64,000 nucleotides of DNA from an uncultured Gemmatimonadota bacterium (GCA_964576115.1 CAZNUA010000011.1:1-64000); one strand, 5' to 3'. Shown: positions 6,192 to 16,492, counted from the first letter of the stretch. The notes: generated by a model from the sequence alone, not told the origin. Numbers and translations are program-made.

Positions 6192-7961
6192 TCAGGGGTG
6201 CCCGCCGCCGGTATCGGCGCCGCTGCCCGTCGGGCCCGAGAGCATTTCCTCATAGCGGTCCGGATCGCGCAGGACCTCGAGCGCGGCCTGGAACTGATCG
6301 TCGGACTGCATGTAAACCAGCTGGCCTCGCTCGTAGCCGAACTGCTTGGCCGCGAACTCGCGCCGCAGTTCCAGGGCGATCCCCTCGCGGCTCTGCACCC
6401 AGAGTTCATTTTCTTCCCGGTTGATCGCCCGGCGCAGATTCTCGATCTCGGGCTCGAGGTCGGCGGCCATGTTCTCGGCTTCGGCCGTTTCAAGCAACTG
6501 GTTCAGAACCATCTCGGTGGGGCTCTCGTACTCGAATCCCGACTCCTCACACCAGCGTCTGAAATCATCCAGGAGGTCATCGGTCACGTTCACTGCGGTG
6601 CCCTCGGAAACGCCGTGGGTGTTGACGTAGTGGTTCACGTAGCGCAGGAACATCGACTGCCGGAATTTCAGGGCAAAGAGCATCAGGTTGCCCCTGATCC
6701 CCTCGGCTTCGAGATCGGGAACGATCCCGCCGCCACCGGTGACGGTGCGGCCGTTGCGCGACTCGAAGGTCGGATGGTCGGTCGTGTCGGGGGCGTTGGG
6801 ATTACGCGGTACGAGATTGCCGGTGGCATTACGCACAAAGGGCCGCTGGATGGTACGGCCGCTGGGAGTGTAGTACTGCCCCGTGGTCAGACGGATGATA
6901 TGATCGCTGACGATCTCGGCCACCGACTGGACCAGGCCCTTGCCCCAGGTGTTCTCGCCCACGATGATCCCGCGGTCCAGGTCCTGCACGGCGCCGGCCA
7001 CGATTTCTGAAGCCGAGGCCGACGCGACGTTGACCAGAACAGCCAGACGGCCGTCGTAGAGCTGCTCGTTCCGGCTGCGGAAGACGGCGTTCATGCTCTC
7101 GATCCGCCCCCTGGTGGAGACGATGATCTCGCCGGGTCCGAAGAAGGGCTCGGCCACGGCCAGGGCCTCATCGAGCAGGCCGCCGGGATTGCCCCGCAGA
7201 TCGAGGATGATCCCTTCGATCGGCTGCTCGGCGGCCAGACTGTCCAGCGCCTCTTCGAGGAAGCGGCCGGAATTGGCCGAGAAACGGGCGATCTCGATAT
7301 AGGCTATGCCCGGTTCAGCGAAGACGGCGGCGGAGACGTCGTTGACCTTGATTTCGGCCCGTGTGATGGTGAACTCCATCAGCTCGGGAATGCCCTCGCG
7401 GTCGATGTGCAGGGTCACCTCGGTGCCCTCGGGGCCCTTGATGAGAGAGGCGGCGTGGGCGGTGGAAAAGGTACGGCTGGGGGTCTCGTCGATGGCGGCG
7501 ATCACGTCACCGGGCTGCAGGCCGGCGGCCTGGGCCGGCGAGCCCTTCATGGGAGCAACGATCGAGAGTTCGCCGCCGGTGTAGCCGATGGTGGCGCCGA
7601 TGCCGCTGTAGGTGCCGGTGGTGGTGATTTCGAGATCGGCCACGATCCCCTGATCCTGCTGTTCGACGAAGAAGTCGGAGTAGGGATCGAGGACGCTCAT
7701 CATGCCCTTCAGACCGGCGATGGCGACATCGTGGACATCGACTTCCTCGTAGTAGGCCTGTCCGACCTGGTTGAGGATGAACCGCATCAGCGTGAAGTCG
7801 TCGTAGAGCTGCCGGCTTTGATCGTCGGCGGCCACAGTTCGCGGCAGATAGGTATCCACGGCGTCGGCCCGGCCGAGCCCGAGGCTCGCCACCAGACCGA
7901 TGGCGCCGGCGGTGACGAGGAAGATCGTCAGGTAGCGCGTCCAGCGTTTCATACGCATCAC
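6192..7961 (-). CDS. ctpA: S41 carboxyl-terminal processing protease
   Basis: LDPYS, PDZ (GIGATIG), DLRGNPGGLL, SASASEIVAGAVQD, GKGLVQ, YYTPSGRTIQ. Confidence 0.95.
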   Translation of the reverse strand: MMRMKRWTRYLTIFLVTAGAIGLVASLGLGRADAVDTYLPRTVAADDQSRQLYDDFTLMRFILNQVGQAYYEEVDVHDVAIAGLKGMMSVLDPYSDFFVEQQDQGIVADLEITTTGTYSGIGATIGYTGGELSIVAPMKGSPAQAAGLQPGDVIAAIDETPSRTFSTAHAASLIKGPEGTEVTLHIDREGIPELMEFTITRAEIKVNDVSAAVFAEPGIAYIEIARFSANSGRFLEEALDSLAAEQPIEGIILDLRGNPGGLLDEALAVAEPFFGPGEIIVSTRGRIESMNAVFRSRNEQLYDGRLAVLVNVASASASEIVAGAVQDLDRGIIVGENTWGKGLVQSVAEIVSDHIIRLTTGQYYTPSGRTIQRPFVRNATGNLVPRNPNAPDTTDHPTFESRNGRTVTGGGGIVPDLEAEGIRGNLMLFALKFRQSMFLRYVNHYVNTHGVSEGTAVNVTDDLLDDFRRWCEESGFEYESPTEMVLNQLLETAEAENMAADLEPEIENLRRAINREENELWVQSREGIALELRREFAAKQFGYERGQLVYMQSDDQFQAALEVLRDPDRYEEMLSGPTGSGADTGGGHP

Positions 7962-8629
7962 GTCCGCCTTACATGGTTCAGGGTTACTTCAGCGATCCGG
8001 GCCGCGATGTCTTCCGCGGCTCCGCCACCGTCCAGCACGACGAAACGATCCGGCTCCGCCCGGGCCAGGAACAGGAAACCCTCCCGCACTCGCGCCAGGA
8101 AGGCGGAACCCTCCCCTTCGAGACGGTCGGGAGCCGAATCCCGCCGCTGCAGCCGGCCCAGGCCTTCGGTCGGATCGAGATCGAGCAGAAAGGTCAACTC
8201 CGGACCCGATCCGTCGGTGGCCAGGGCATTGGCCCGGCGAATTGCTTCGAGCGCGGCTTCGACCTTATGTCCCCCACCCTCGCGCCCGAAGGCCTGGTAG
8301 GCGAGGGTGGAATCCAGGAAGCGGTCGCAGATGACGATCTCGTCCCGCTCCAGCGCCGGCCGGATTACCCGGGCCACATGCTCGGCCCGGCTGGCGAGAT
8401 AGAGCATCACCTCGGTCGACCAGGCCATCTCCCCGGCCTCGGGATCGAGCAGGATGGCCCGGATCCTCTCGGCGACCGGAGTGCCCCCCGGTTCGCGGGT
8501 GATCACCACGGCGTACCCCTCGGCACGCAGCCGCTCGGCCAGTCGCCCCGCCTGGGTCGTTTTGCCCGAACCGTCCACCCCTTCGAGGGTGATGAACGTT
8601 CCGGCGCCGCTGTCCGTTGACCGGTTCAC
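7958..8629 (-). CDS. tmk: Thymidylate kinase
   Basis: FITLEGVDGSGKTTQ, TREPGGT, DRFLDSTLAYQ. Confidence 0.97.
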   Translation of the reverse strand: MNRSTDSGAGTFITLEGVDGSGKTTQAGRLAERLRAEGYAVVITREPGGTPVAERIRAILLDPEAGEMAWSTEVMLYLASRAEHVARVIRPALERDEIVICDRFLDSTLAYQAFGREGGGHKVEAALEAIRRANALATDGSGPELTFLLDLDPTEGLGRLQRRDSAPDRLEGEGSAFLARVREGFLFLARAEPDRFVVLDGGGAAEDIAARIAEVTLNHVRRT

Positions 8630-8729
8630 AGCTTTCTAAGATACGAAAAATGCGCCCCGGTGTCATGCGGGGTGACACATGCCGGTGACACTCGAATACG
8701 ACCGGTGTTCCGCGACAGCCAGGTCATCC

Positions 8730-9488
8730 TCACTTCCGGGCGCGCCCGGCCACTACCACAGTAAACTCTCCCCGGGCGCGGGAAGTTTCGTAGAACGCCG
8801 CCAGTTCGGGCAGGGTTCCGCGCCGCACCTCTTCGAAAGCCTTGGTGAGTTCGCGGCAGACCGCGGCCCGACGCTCTCCAAGAACGGCGGCCATATCGCG
8901 TAACGTCGCGGCGATCCGGTGAGGACTTTCATAGAAAACGAGGGTGTGGGGAAGACCGGCCAGATTTTCGAGAGCGGTTCGCCTCCGACCGCCTTTGACG
9001 GGCAGGAATCCGGTAAAGGTGAAGGCGTCGGTCGGCAGGCCTGAAACGACCAGGGCAGCCGCCAGGGCGGTTGGTCCCGGCACGGCCGAAACCGGCCGAC
9101 CGGCCTCAACCGCGGCCCGGACGAGCACGAAGCCGGGATCGGAGAGCCCGGGGGTTCCGGCATCGGTGACCAGGACCACACTCCGACCGGCCTCGAGTTC
9201 GGCCAGCAGTTTCGCGGTCACGGCCTCTTTGTTCTGCTCGTGGAAACTGACGATACGCCGCGAGACGCCGCAGCGGACGAGCATCCGGCCGGTATGACGG
9301 GTGTCTTCGGCCGCGACTGTATCTGCGGCCTGTAACAATGCCAGGGCCCGGGGGCTCAGATCGCCGAGGTGACCGATCGGGGTGGCGACGAGGTAGAGGG
9401 TGCCGCCGACGAGCTGGGAGGCCAGTTCCCCGAGCCAGTCGGGATCGTAGCTTCCGGCCGCACTCTCCTTCCCGGCCCCCGGGGTCAC
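8730..9488 (-). CDS. rsmI: 16S rRNA C1402 2'-O-methyltransferase
   Basis: LYLVATPIGHLGDLSPRA, AEDTRHT, DAGTPGLSDPG, FYESPHR, RELTKAFEE. Confidence 0.97.
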   Translation of the reverse strand: MTPGAGKESAAGSYDPDWLGELASQLVGGTLYLVATPIGHLGDLSPRALALLQAADTVAAEDTRHTGRMLVRCGVSRRIVSFHEQNKEAVTAKLLAELEAGRSVVLVTDAGTPGLSDPGFVLVRAAVEAGRPVSAVPGPTALAAALVVSGLPTDAFTFTGFLPVKGGRRRTALENLAGLPHTLVFYESPHRIAATLRDMAAVLGERRAAVCRELTKAFEEVRRGTLPELAAFYETSRARGEFTVVVAGRARK

Positions 9489-10318
9489 GTGCCCCAGTCC
9501 CGGGGGTAGAGCCAGTCCACTCCCACGGTGCGGCGGCTCAGCTTGCAGATGATCGGCAGGTGCCGCTTGAACTCTGAGCGCCGGACCATTTCCCGCACCC
9601 GTTCGACCACATCGGGCTCGAAGCCCTCGGCAATCACGTTTGGTACCGGTTTCCGTTCGTCCACCAGCCGGAATAGCACGGCATCGGCCTCATCATAGCT
9701 CAGTCCGAGTTCTTCCTCGTCGGTCTGCCCGGCCCAGAGGTCGGCCGAGGGGGTTTTGGCGAGAACGCTCTCGGGCAGGCCGAGGTCGGATCCGAGCTGG
9801 CGTACCTGGGTCTTGTACAGATCACCGAGGGGATTGACTGCACAGGCCATGTCGCCGTGGAGGGTACCATAGCCAAGCAGGAGTTCGGTCTTGTTGCTGG
9901 TCCCCACGACCAGAGCCGAGTGCGCGGCGGAGTGGTCGTAGAGAACGATCATCCTCAACCGGGCCATGATGTTGCCGGCCCGATTGCGGTCCAGGTCCTT
10001 AAAACCGGGGTAGCCGGCGGTCAGGGACGTAATGTCGACGGTGATCGGTTCGACTCCCAGATGCCGGGCTACCGCGGCGGCATCGGCGGCACTCTCGGGG
10101 CTGGAGACGGCGTGCGGCATGACGATCAGGGTGGTGTTCTCCGGGCCCAGGGCCCGGATCGTGAGGGCCGCCGCAACAGAACTGTCGATCCCGCCCGAGA
10201 GCCCCAGAACCGCCCCGGTGTGCCCGGTCCGGCCGATCTCGACCCGCAGGAACTCTTCGAGGATGGGCAGCACCAGCTCGGGATCGAGCCGCAGTTCGGG
10301 CAGCCCCTGATCGGTCAT
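9485..10318 (-). CDS. nadE: NAD+ synthetase, synthetase subunit
   Basis: LGLSGGIDSS, GNIMARLRM, GTSNKTELLLGYGTLHGD, PSADLWAGQTDE. Confidence 0.95.
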   Translation of the reverse strand: MTDQGLPELRLDPELVLPILEEFLRVEIGRTGHTGAVLGLSGGIDSSVAAALTIRALGPENTTLIVMPHAVSSPESAADAAAVARHLGVEPITVDITSLTAGYPGFKDLDRNRAGNIMARLRMIVLYDHSAAHSALVVGTSNKTELLLGYGTLHGDMACAVNPLGDLYKTQVRQLGSDLGLPESVLAKTPSADLWAGQTDEEELGLSYDEADAVLFRLVDERKPVPNVIAEGFEPDVVERVREMVRRSEFKRHLPIICKLSRRTVGVDWLYPRDWGT

Positions 10319-11196
10319 GGCGTCCTCTCTCCCGCCGGCAGACGTTCGGCGAGCAGGGTTTCGAGTCGCGCCCGGGCAATCTCGGGATCCTCCTCGCGGA
10401 GCTGACCGTTGTCGGCTCGCAGGCGGGCCTGCTCGGCCAGATCCACGGTCACCGTCGTGATTCCCGCTGCGAGCATCGGGGCTTCGACGAGTGGTTCTTC
10501 AGCGTAGGGTGCATAGACCGTGCTTCCGCCGGAGAAGAAGATCCCGTCTTCAAAGCCGACCCGGTTGATCCAGGCCGTCCAGCAGAGCAGCAGGCGTCCG
10601 AAGGTACGCAGGATATCGTGCCAGGCGGCCCGGGAACCGAGGACCGGGGTGGCGCCGCTCACCCCCCGCCCCGGAGCCGCACTCATGAGGATGATCCCGG
10701 TGGCTCCTCCCAGCTGAGCCAGCATAGCATTCGAAGGATGCCAGATATCCTCGCAGTTGAGAATGACCAGGCGGCCGCAGGCCGAATCGAAGGCCTCGAC
10801 CCGGTCGCCGCGGGCGAAGAACCGGCCTTCCTCGAACATGCCGTAGGTCGGCAGGTACACCTTGCGGTGCAGGTGGACGAGCCGGCCCTCTTCCCAGTAG
10901 CCGCAGGCGTTGTAGAGCTGGCCGTCGGAGCCCCGTTCGACGAAACCGAGCGTCAGCGGCAGGCGGCGGGAGAGTTCGGCCACCGGTTCGAGGTCGGGCG
11001 AGGTGCGGTTCAGCGCCACCTCGGCGACCAGATCGCGAAGCGTGTAGCCGGTCAAACCGAGTTCGGGGGTCAGCAGGATATCGGCGCCGGTTGCGGCGGC
11101 TTCATCAACCAGGTCCCAGAGACGCTCGAGATTGGGTTCGATGCGGCCCAGGACGGGGCTGAACTGGCCCAGGGCGAGCGTGAGGCGCTCTGCCAT
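10315..11196 (-). CDS. Nitrilase-family hydrolase; probable glutaminase subunit of NAD synthetase
   Basis: E-K-C triad in TPELGLTGY, HRKVYLPTYGMFEEGRFF and NCEDIW; coupled to nadE. Confidence 0.9.
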   Translation of the reverse strand: MAERLTLALGQFSPVLGRIEPNLERLWDLVDEAAATGADILLTPELGLTGYTLRDLVAEVALNRTSPDLEPVAELSRRLPLTLGFVERGSDGQLYNACGYWEEGRLVHLHRKVYLPTYGMFEEGRFFARGDRVEAFDSACGRLVILNCEDIWHPSNAMLAQLGGATGIILMSAAPGRGVSGATPVLGSRAAWHDILRTFGRLLLCWTAWINRVGFEDGIFFSGGSTVYAPYAEEPLVEAPMLAAGITTVTVDLAEQARLRADNGQLREEDPEIARARLETLLAERLPAGERTP

Positions 11197-11699
11197 TACG
11201 TCCCCCCGCTGCCCTGCGCCCCGTTCGATTCATACCGCCTGAAGAGGGCAATGACCTTTTCCGGTTCCTCCACCTGACGTAAACCGGTCCTGACGTGTTC
11301 ATCGTCGCACAGGCGCGCCAGCCGCCCCAGGATACGCACGATCGTACCGGGATCGTTCCGGTCGGCGATGAGCAGAAAGAAGAGATCGGCAGGCTGGGAA
11401 TCGACCGCCCCGACATCGACCGGCTCGGCCGGACGGCCGAAAGCCAGCGCCTGCGTACCGAAACCGGCCAGACGGGCGTGAGGCAGAGCGACCCCGTGCC
11501 CGACCCCGGTCGAGAGAACCGCTTCCCGGCGCAGGACTTCTTCGAGCACCGGCAGGTCACGCGAGACCATTTCTTTTTCCATCAGGGCCTCGACCAGCTC
11601 GCCGAATATATCCTCCCTGCACGCGGCCGCCATCTCCAGACGAATTACACCCGTCTCAAGCAGTTCCCAGATGCAGGGGGTTTTCCCGGTTGCGTTCAC
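11196..11699 (-). CDS. ptsN: PTS EIIA (Ntr/fructose type)
   Basis: REAVLSTGVGHGVALPHAR with the phospho-His. Confidence 0.85.
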   Translation of the reverse strand: MNATGKTPCIWELLETGVIRLEMAAACREDIFGELVEALMEKEMVSRDLPVLEEVLRREAVLSTGVGHGVALPHARLAGFGTQALAFGRPAEPVDVGAVDSQPADLFFLLIADRNDPGTIVRILGRLARLCDDEHVRTGLRQVEEPEKVIALFRRYESNGAQGSGGT

Positions 11700-11741
11700 G
11701 CCCTCAGAGTTCCTCAGTGATGGTGTCCGGGTTGTGAGATC

Positions 11742-12206
11742 TCAGAAGGGGAGGTCGTCCTCCTCTTCGACCGTTCCCCCTCCACCGGAGTCGCCGCTCT
11801 CGCGCGAATCGCCCCATCCTCCCTGGTCCCCACCGCCGGAACCACCGCCGGAACCTCCGCCGGAGCCTCCGCGATCGCCCAGCATATTCATCTCCAGGGC
11901 CACGATTTCGGTCGTGGATTTCTTCGTACCCGACTGATCTTCCCACGAACGGGTTTGCAGGCGCCCCTCGATGTACACCTGGTCGCCCTTTTTCAGGTAC
12001 TGCTCGCAGATTTCGGCCAGACGCCCCCAGGCCACGATCCGATGCCATTCGGTCTGCTCCTGCTTCTGACCGCTACGGTCGGTGTAGACCCGGTTGGTGG
12101 CGATGCTGAAATTGGCGACCATCTGTCCCCCACTGGTGGACCGGACCTCGGGATCCTGGCCCAATCTGCCCAGAATGATGGCCTTGTTCACAGAACCGCT
12201 GCCCAT
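11742..12206 (-). CDS. ssb: Single-stranded DNA-binding protein
   Basis: [25 protein letters not shown], Gly-rich linker, DDLPF tail; ATG at 12206 with GAGG RBS. Confidence 0.97.
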   Translation of the reverse strand: MGSGSVNKAIILGRLGQDPEVRSTSGGQMVANFSIATNRVYTDRSGQKQEQTEWHRIVAWGRLAEICEQYLKKGDQVYIEGRLQTRSWEDQSGTKKSTTEIVALEMNMLGDRGGSGGGSGGGSGGGDQGGWGDSRESGDSGGGGTVEEEDDLPF

Positions 12207-12346
12207 GATATGCCTCACTCTTCCCGGCGCACCGGCATTCCTCTCCGGTCTGTCGGCGCAATGCATTATGGATCAATCAGTTACAGGGGCCAAACGGGCG
12301 CCCTCCACGTTCCCCTCCGGTAGTATGTTCCGAGCCTGAGACAGTG

Positions 12347-13420
12347 TCAATGCCGAGCGGGGTTCGCAGCGGGATCGTCGGACTCGACAACAGCGGGGGA
12401 CCGCAGGTTTTTTTCGAGCCGGGTCAGGACGGCGGAAGAGGGTTCGGGACCGGCTGCGGTAAGAGCCAGCAGGGCCGCTCCCCCCTCGGCCGGCAGGCGG
12501 GGTTTGACGAACGTCAGATCGGGGCCGAAGGATCCGGCACCCTTCCGGATGGGATCGCGCAGCACCAGTTCCCGGCTGGCCGCCAGGCCGCCCGTGAGCG
12601 CAACCGGTATCTCCCGGCCGCTGTCGAAACCCAGCCGGGTGCAGGCCTGTGAGATCAGGGTGCCCAGTTCCAGACCAGTCTCGTGCACCAGCTCGAGTGC
12701 GTCGGAATCGCCATCCCCGGCGCAGGTAAAAACACCGGGGGCCAGCCGGGCGTAGAGTTCGGGATCATGGGCTGCTCCGGCCGCCCTGCGCATCACACTG
12801 TGCGGATCGCCCGCCTGGTCGGGATCGATCTCCCAGGCCTCGATCAGCAACGCCGCCAGCGGTGTCGGACGGCTTTCCTCCCAGGCTGCCAGCGCCCGCC
12901 GGGTGGCCCGCCACCCCAACCAGACGGCGCTGCCTTCATCGCCGAGCGGCCAGCCCCACCCTCCGGCCAGGGTGGTCGTGCCCTGTTCGTCACGGGCCAT
13001 GCAGATCGATCCGGTACCGCTGATCAGAACGCACGCCGCACCCTCGGATCCGTGGGCTCCGAGCAGGGCTATATGGGCGTCGTGGGTGACGGTAACGGGC
13101 AGCGTCGAAGAAAGGTCGGATCCACTGCACAGATCGGCCAGGCGGCGTCCCATCTCCATGCGTACGGAGGTGGAGCGCCCCCCCGCGAAACCGGCCGCAA
13201 CCCCCCGCAGCCGTGAAGGCAAATCCTCGACGTACCCGGCTGCCTCTTCCCAGAGCCGTCGGATCTGTTCCAGGGCTTCGTCGAAATCCCGCCTGGTCAG
13301 CGATGCACCCGCGCTTTGCTCCCGCCAGAGGACGACGCCGTCCTCGTCCACTACCACCGCCCGCGTGGTGGTGGCTCCGGCGTCCAGAGCGAAGACGACC
13401 GGTCGTAACTCCCCGGCCAT
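12347..13420 (-). CDS. BadF/BadG/BcrA/BcrD-type N-acetylglucosamine kinase-like protein
   Basis: LDAGATTTRA, HDAHIALLGA, ISGTGSI, GGWGWPLGDEGSAVWLG. Confidence 0.88.
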   Translation of the reverse strand: MAGELRPVVFALDAGATTTRAVVVDEDGVVLWREQSAGASLTRRDFDEALEQIRRLWEEAAGYVEDLPSRLRGVAAGFAGGRSTSVRMEMGRRLADLCSGSDLSSTLPVTVTHDAHIALLGAHGSEGAACVLISGTGSICMARDEQGTTTLAGGWGWPLGDEGSAVWLGWRATRRALAAWEESRPTPLAALLIEAWEIDPDQAGDPHSVMRRAAGAAHDPELYARLAPGVFTCAGDGDSDALELVHETGLELGTLISQACTRLGFDSGREIPVALTGGLAASRELVLRDPIRKGAGSFGPDLTFVKPRLPAEGGAALLALTAAGPEPSSAVLTRLEKNLRSPAVVESDDPAANPARH

Positions 13421-14334
13421 CAGAAGATCCTGATCGTGAAGTACTTCTTGGGGTTGTTCCTGATATCGGTGATGAGCGAGTCGAGCTGCGCCACCGTCGT
13501 GAAGAGATTGTGGTAGAGAGTGTCCGATTCGGCCAGGCGCCAGATGGTCCCTTCACCCGCCCGGAACCGGTTCACCACACCGCTGACCGAACCGGAAAGG
13601 GTATCGATCGAGGTTGCCACCCGGGCGAATTCCGCGCCGGCCATCGATACCGACTGCAGAGCCAGCTCGAGATCGTCCATGTTCTGGATCAGGGCCCGGT
13701 TCACGTTGTCCACCACCGAGCTGAGGTTCTCGATGCTGGCGCCGACCTGTTCCCGGTTGTCGATCATGACCTGATTCAACAGTTCGATCGTGCGGCCGAA
13801 GTTATTGAAGGTCTCCCGGACCTGGGCACGGACTTCCTCGTCGGTCACGATATCCTGGATCGAACCGGTCAGATCTTCGACCTTGATCACCAGACGTTGA
13901 ACGTTGCGGAAAATATCGTTGAGACTGGCCGCATTCAGGCCGTGCAGGGAATCCCCTTCGGCCAGGACCGTCCCGCCCGGATTGGCGGTGATGTTGATAT
14001 ACCGGGAACCGATGATCCCTTCGGATTCGATGGTGAACAGGCTCGAGGTGTAAACCGGCACGTCATCTTCGATCATCATCTGGACCGCCACGAGATTGTC
14101 GGCAGTCAGAGAAATTTCGGCGACCTGCCCCTTTTTTACCCCGGCGACCAGTACCGGATCCCCCGTATTCAGGCCGAAACCGTCTTCGAAGAAGACCGTG
14201 ATCCGGTTCATCCGGCCCGCCCTCAGGAGATCCTGCCCCCACAACAGGCCGAAGATCAGGATGGCCAGGCCGAGGATGACCGCGGACCCGACCTTGAGCG
14301 AGGTCAGCTCCCGCTGTCCGCGTTGCCAAGACAT
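13420..14334 (-). CDS. MCE/MlaD-family protein
   Basis: N-terminal TM, GLNTGDPVLVAGVKKGQV, helical tail ending DIRNNPKKY; start taken at MSWQRG. Confidence 0.9.
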   Translation of the reverse strand: MSWQRGQRELTSLKVGSAVILGLAILIFGLLWGQDLLRAGRMNRITVFFEDGFGLNTGDPVLVAGVKKGQVAEISLTADNLVAVQMMIEDDVPVYTSSLFTIESEGIIGSRYINITANPGGTVLAEGDSLHGLNAASLNDIFRNVQRLVIKVEDLTGSIQDIVTDEEVRAQVRETFNNFGRTIELLNQVMIDNREQVGASIENLSSVVDNVNRALIQNMDDLELALQSVSMAGAEFARVATSIDTLSGSVSGVVNRFRAGEGTIWRLAESDTLYHNLFTTVAQLDSLITDIRNNPKKYFTIRIF

Positions 14335-14798
14335 GTAAAGAGATCCTTTCGCTCGCACCCCGGAACGTCGGCGCATTCGACGGACACACCACGCTCACAG
14401 AGCGATTCGAGAGCAATGATATCCTCCTGCCCGAGGCAGATGTAGGGCAGCACCCGCCGCCGATCTCCCTGCTGATGCAGCCCTCCGAGATTGAGTTCGG
14501 TGAATGTCAGTCCGGCCTCGAAGAGCCGCAGGGCGTCGGCGGGACTCTCCAGCAGCAGAACGAGGTTTTCCCCGGCCTCGAGCCAGGCTTCGATTCTGGC
14601 CCGCGCCTCCTCGAGCGACACGACGCTGATCGCCATGCCGTCGGGAGCCGATCCCTCGTAGAGCTCGCGTTCCCAGGCATCGGCCGCGGCGGCATTGTTG
14701 ACGACAACAAACCGATCGGGCGTGAGCACGCTTCCCCAGCCCTGGGTGACCTGACCGTGGATGAGACGGTCATCGATTCTGACCAGCAACAGACTCAC
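14304..14798 (-). CDS. PTS mannose/sorbose-family EIIB
   Basis: RIDDRLIHGQV, LNLGG. Confidence 0.93.
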   Translation of the reverse strand: MSLLLVRIDDRLIHGQVTQGWGSVLTPDRFVVVNNAAAADAWERELYEGSAPDGMAISVVSLEEARARIEAWLEAGENLVLLLESPADALRLFEAGLTFTELNLGGLHQQGDRRRVLPYICLGQEDIIALESLCERGVSVECADVPGCERKDLFTCLGNADSGS

Positions 14799-15166
14799 GA
14801 CCGTATACCTTCCCGGCCGTAGGTGTGAAGCATGTCGACCAGCTCTTCCAGCCCGACGGTGGCCCGCTTGGTCACGAAGGTGAGCAGCATGGGCAGATTC
14901 GTACCGGTTAGATGATGGCAGTCTGAATGCTCACGGCAGTGACGCTCGGCCGCCTGCCAGCATGACCCCCCGAAAAGGGCCGTGAAGATGATGGCTCCGC
15001 CCGGAGCCGGACCGATCGCCTCGGCCAGCGCGGTGAGCATCGATTCGGCCGACAGGTCGGCGTTGGAAAGACCGACCAGATCCTCCTGGGGCCCCACAAA
15101 GGATTCCACCGCCTCGCAGAAGGCCGCGCCGAGGTTGACGTGGGCGAAGACGACTCCCCGAATCAT
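14795..15166 (-). CDS. PTS mannose-family EIIA
   Basis: MIRGVVFAH, LFGGSC, GTNLPML; ATG at 15166 overlaps the hprK stop. Confidence 0.88.
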   Translation of the reverse strand: MIRGVVFAHVNLGAAFCEAVESFVGPQEDLVGLSNADLSAESMLTALAEAIGPAPGGAIIFTALFGGSCWQAAERHCREHSDCHHLTGTNLPMLLTFVTKRATVGLEELVDMLHTYGREGIRS

Positions 15167-16137
15167 TCGTAGTCCTCGCCGAGCTGGCGACGGGCCTGGT
15201 TCTTGCGTTCCATTCGTTCCAGCAGCTTTTCGTTCAGGGTCTGGGCGGCATTGAGACCCGAAATCTTCATGAGGTGATTCAGTGCGATCGTCTCGGCCAG
15301 CACGGTGATGTTCTTGCCGGGCACGATCGGCAGGACGACCTGCGGTATCTTGACACCGATGATATCGGTCGTCCATTCCTCCAGCCCCAGCCGATCGACC
15401 TCCTCGACATCGTTCCAGTGTTTCAGGATCACCTCGACCTCGACCCGCTTGCGCAGGCGGATGCACTGGATACCGAAGATCCCCTGGACATCGATGATCC
15501 CGATGCCCCGGATCTCCATGTGGTGGGTGAGCAGCTCGTTCCCCGAACCGGTGATCACCCCCCGGGCGGTCCTGGTCAGGGTCACCACGTCGTCGGCGAC
15601 CAGGCGGTGGCCCCTTTCGACCAGATCGAGTGCAATCTCGCTCTTGCCGATACCGCTCTTGCCGGTAAAGAGCAGCCCCACCCCGTACACATCCACCAGG
15701 GTGCCGTGCATGACGGTCGTGGGCGCAAACCAGTCGTCGAGGTACTCACTCAACAGGTGGGTCACCACGGTCGACGACTGTCCGCTGGACAGAATCGGAA
15801 TCTGGCGATCGTCTGCGATCTGGACGCTGAAGGGGGCCGGGCCGCAGCCGGAGGCACAGATGAGAACGGGAATATCGAAGGAAAGGTATTTCTCCATCGC
15901 CGTCCGCATATCCTCATCGGGCAGACTCTGGAGGTAACCGACCTCGGTATTGCTCAGAATCTGCACCCGGTCGTAAGGAAAGAGATCGTAGAAGCCGGTC
16001 AGGGCCAGTCCGGGGCGGTGGACGTCGTTGGAAGTGATAATCCGGTAGGCGCCGGCTCGTCCCGCCTGCCATTCGAGTCCGAGGATTTCCTGATTGTCGT
16101 CGAAGAGTCTCTGTACGGTCAGTTCCCTGGTCGTCAT
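15163..16137 (-). CDS. hprK: HPr kinase/phosphorylase
   Basis: HGTLVDVYGVGLLFTGKSGIGKSEIALDLVERGHRLVADD, MEIRGIGII. Confidence 0.97.
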   Translation of the reverse strand: MTTRELTVQRLFDDNQEILGLEWQAGRAGAYRIITSNDVHRPGLALTGFYDLFPYDRVQILSNTEVGYLQSLPDEDMRTAMEKYLSFDIPVLICASGCGPAPFSVQIADDRQIPILSSGQSSTVVTHLLSEYLDDWFAPTTVMHGTLVDVYGVGLLFTGKSGIGKSEIALDLVERGHRLVADDVVTLTRTARGVITGSGNELLTHHMEIRGIGIIDVQGIFGIQCIRLRKRVEVEVILKHWNDVEEVDRLGLEEWTTDIIGVKIPQVVLPIVPGKNITVLAETIALNHLMKISGLNAAQTLNEKLLERMERKNQARRQLGEDYE

Positions 16138-16144
16138 CTTCCCC

Positions 16145-16492
16145 TCACTGACGGTGCGGTCGGCGTCCTCCGGCAGAGTACATCTGCTGGACTCCGCGGC
16201 GGTCCTTCTCGCGGCCGATCTTGGCCTTGTACTTCTTCAGCTGCCGTCCCGCCCGGGCCGCCGCTTCGTCGATGGCGGAAAAAAGCAGGGCATCGGAACC
16301 CTCCGCCGTGAGCGTCTCACCCGGCACGCCGACGATGAACTCCGCCGACCAGCTGTCTTTTTCCTTCGAGAGTACCGCCCGGGCATCGATGATCCGCTCG
16401 AAATACTTCTCCAGATCGTTCATGGCATCGGTGGCATGATCTTTGACTTTATCGGACAGTTCGAAATGGCGGGCAGTGACATTGGTTTTCAT
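16145..16492 (-). CDS. hpf: Ribosome hibernation promoting factor (HPF/RaiA)
   Basis: NVTARHFELSD...AIDEA...RQLKKYK; immediately downstream of rpoN. Confidence 0.92.
   Translation of the reverse strand: MKTNVTARHFELSDKVKDHATDAMNDLEKYFERIIDARAVLSKEKDSWSAEFIVGVPGETLTAEGSDALLFSAIDEAAARAGRQLKKYKAKIGREKDRRGVQQMYSAGGRRPHRQ

Noticed and set aside
8660-8691. GGTGACAC twice plus an inverted GTGTCA upstream of tmk
   Set aside because: Short and not matched to any regulator I can name; may be chance.
11829-11871. 12-bp tandem repeats in ssb
   Set aside because: They encode the ordinary GGGS linker of SSB.
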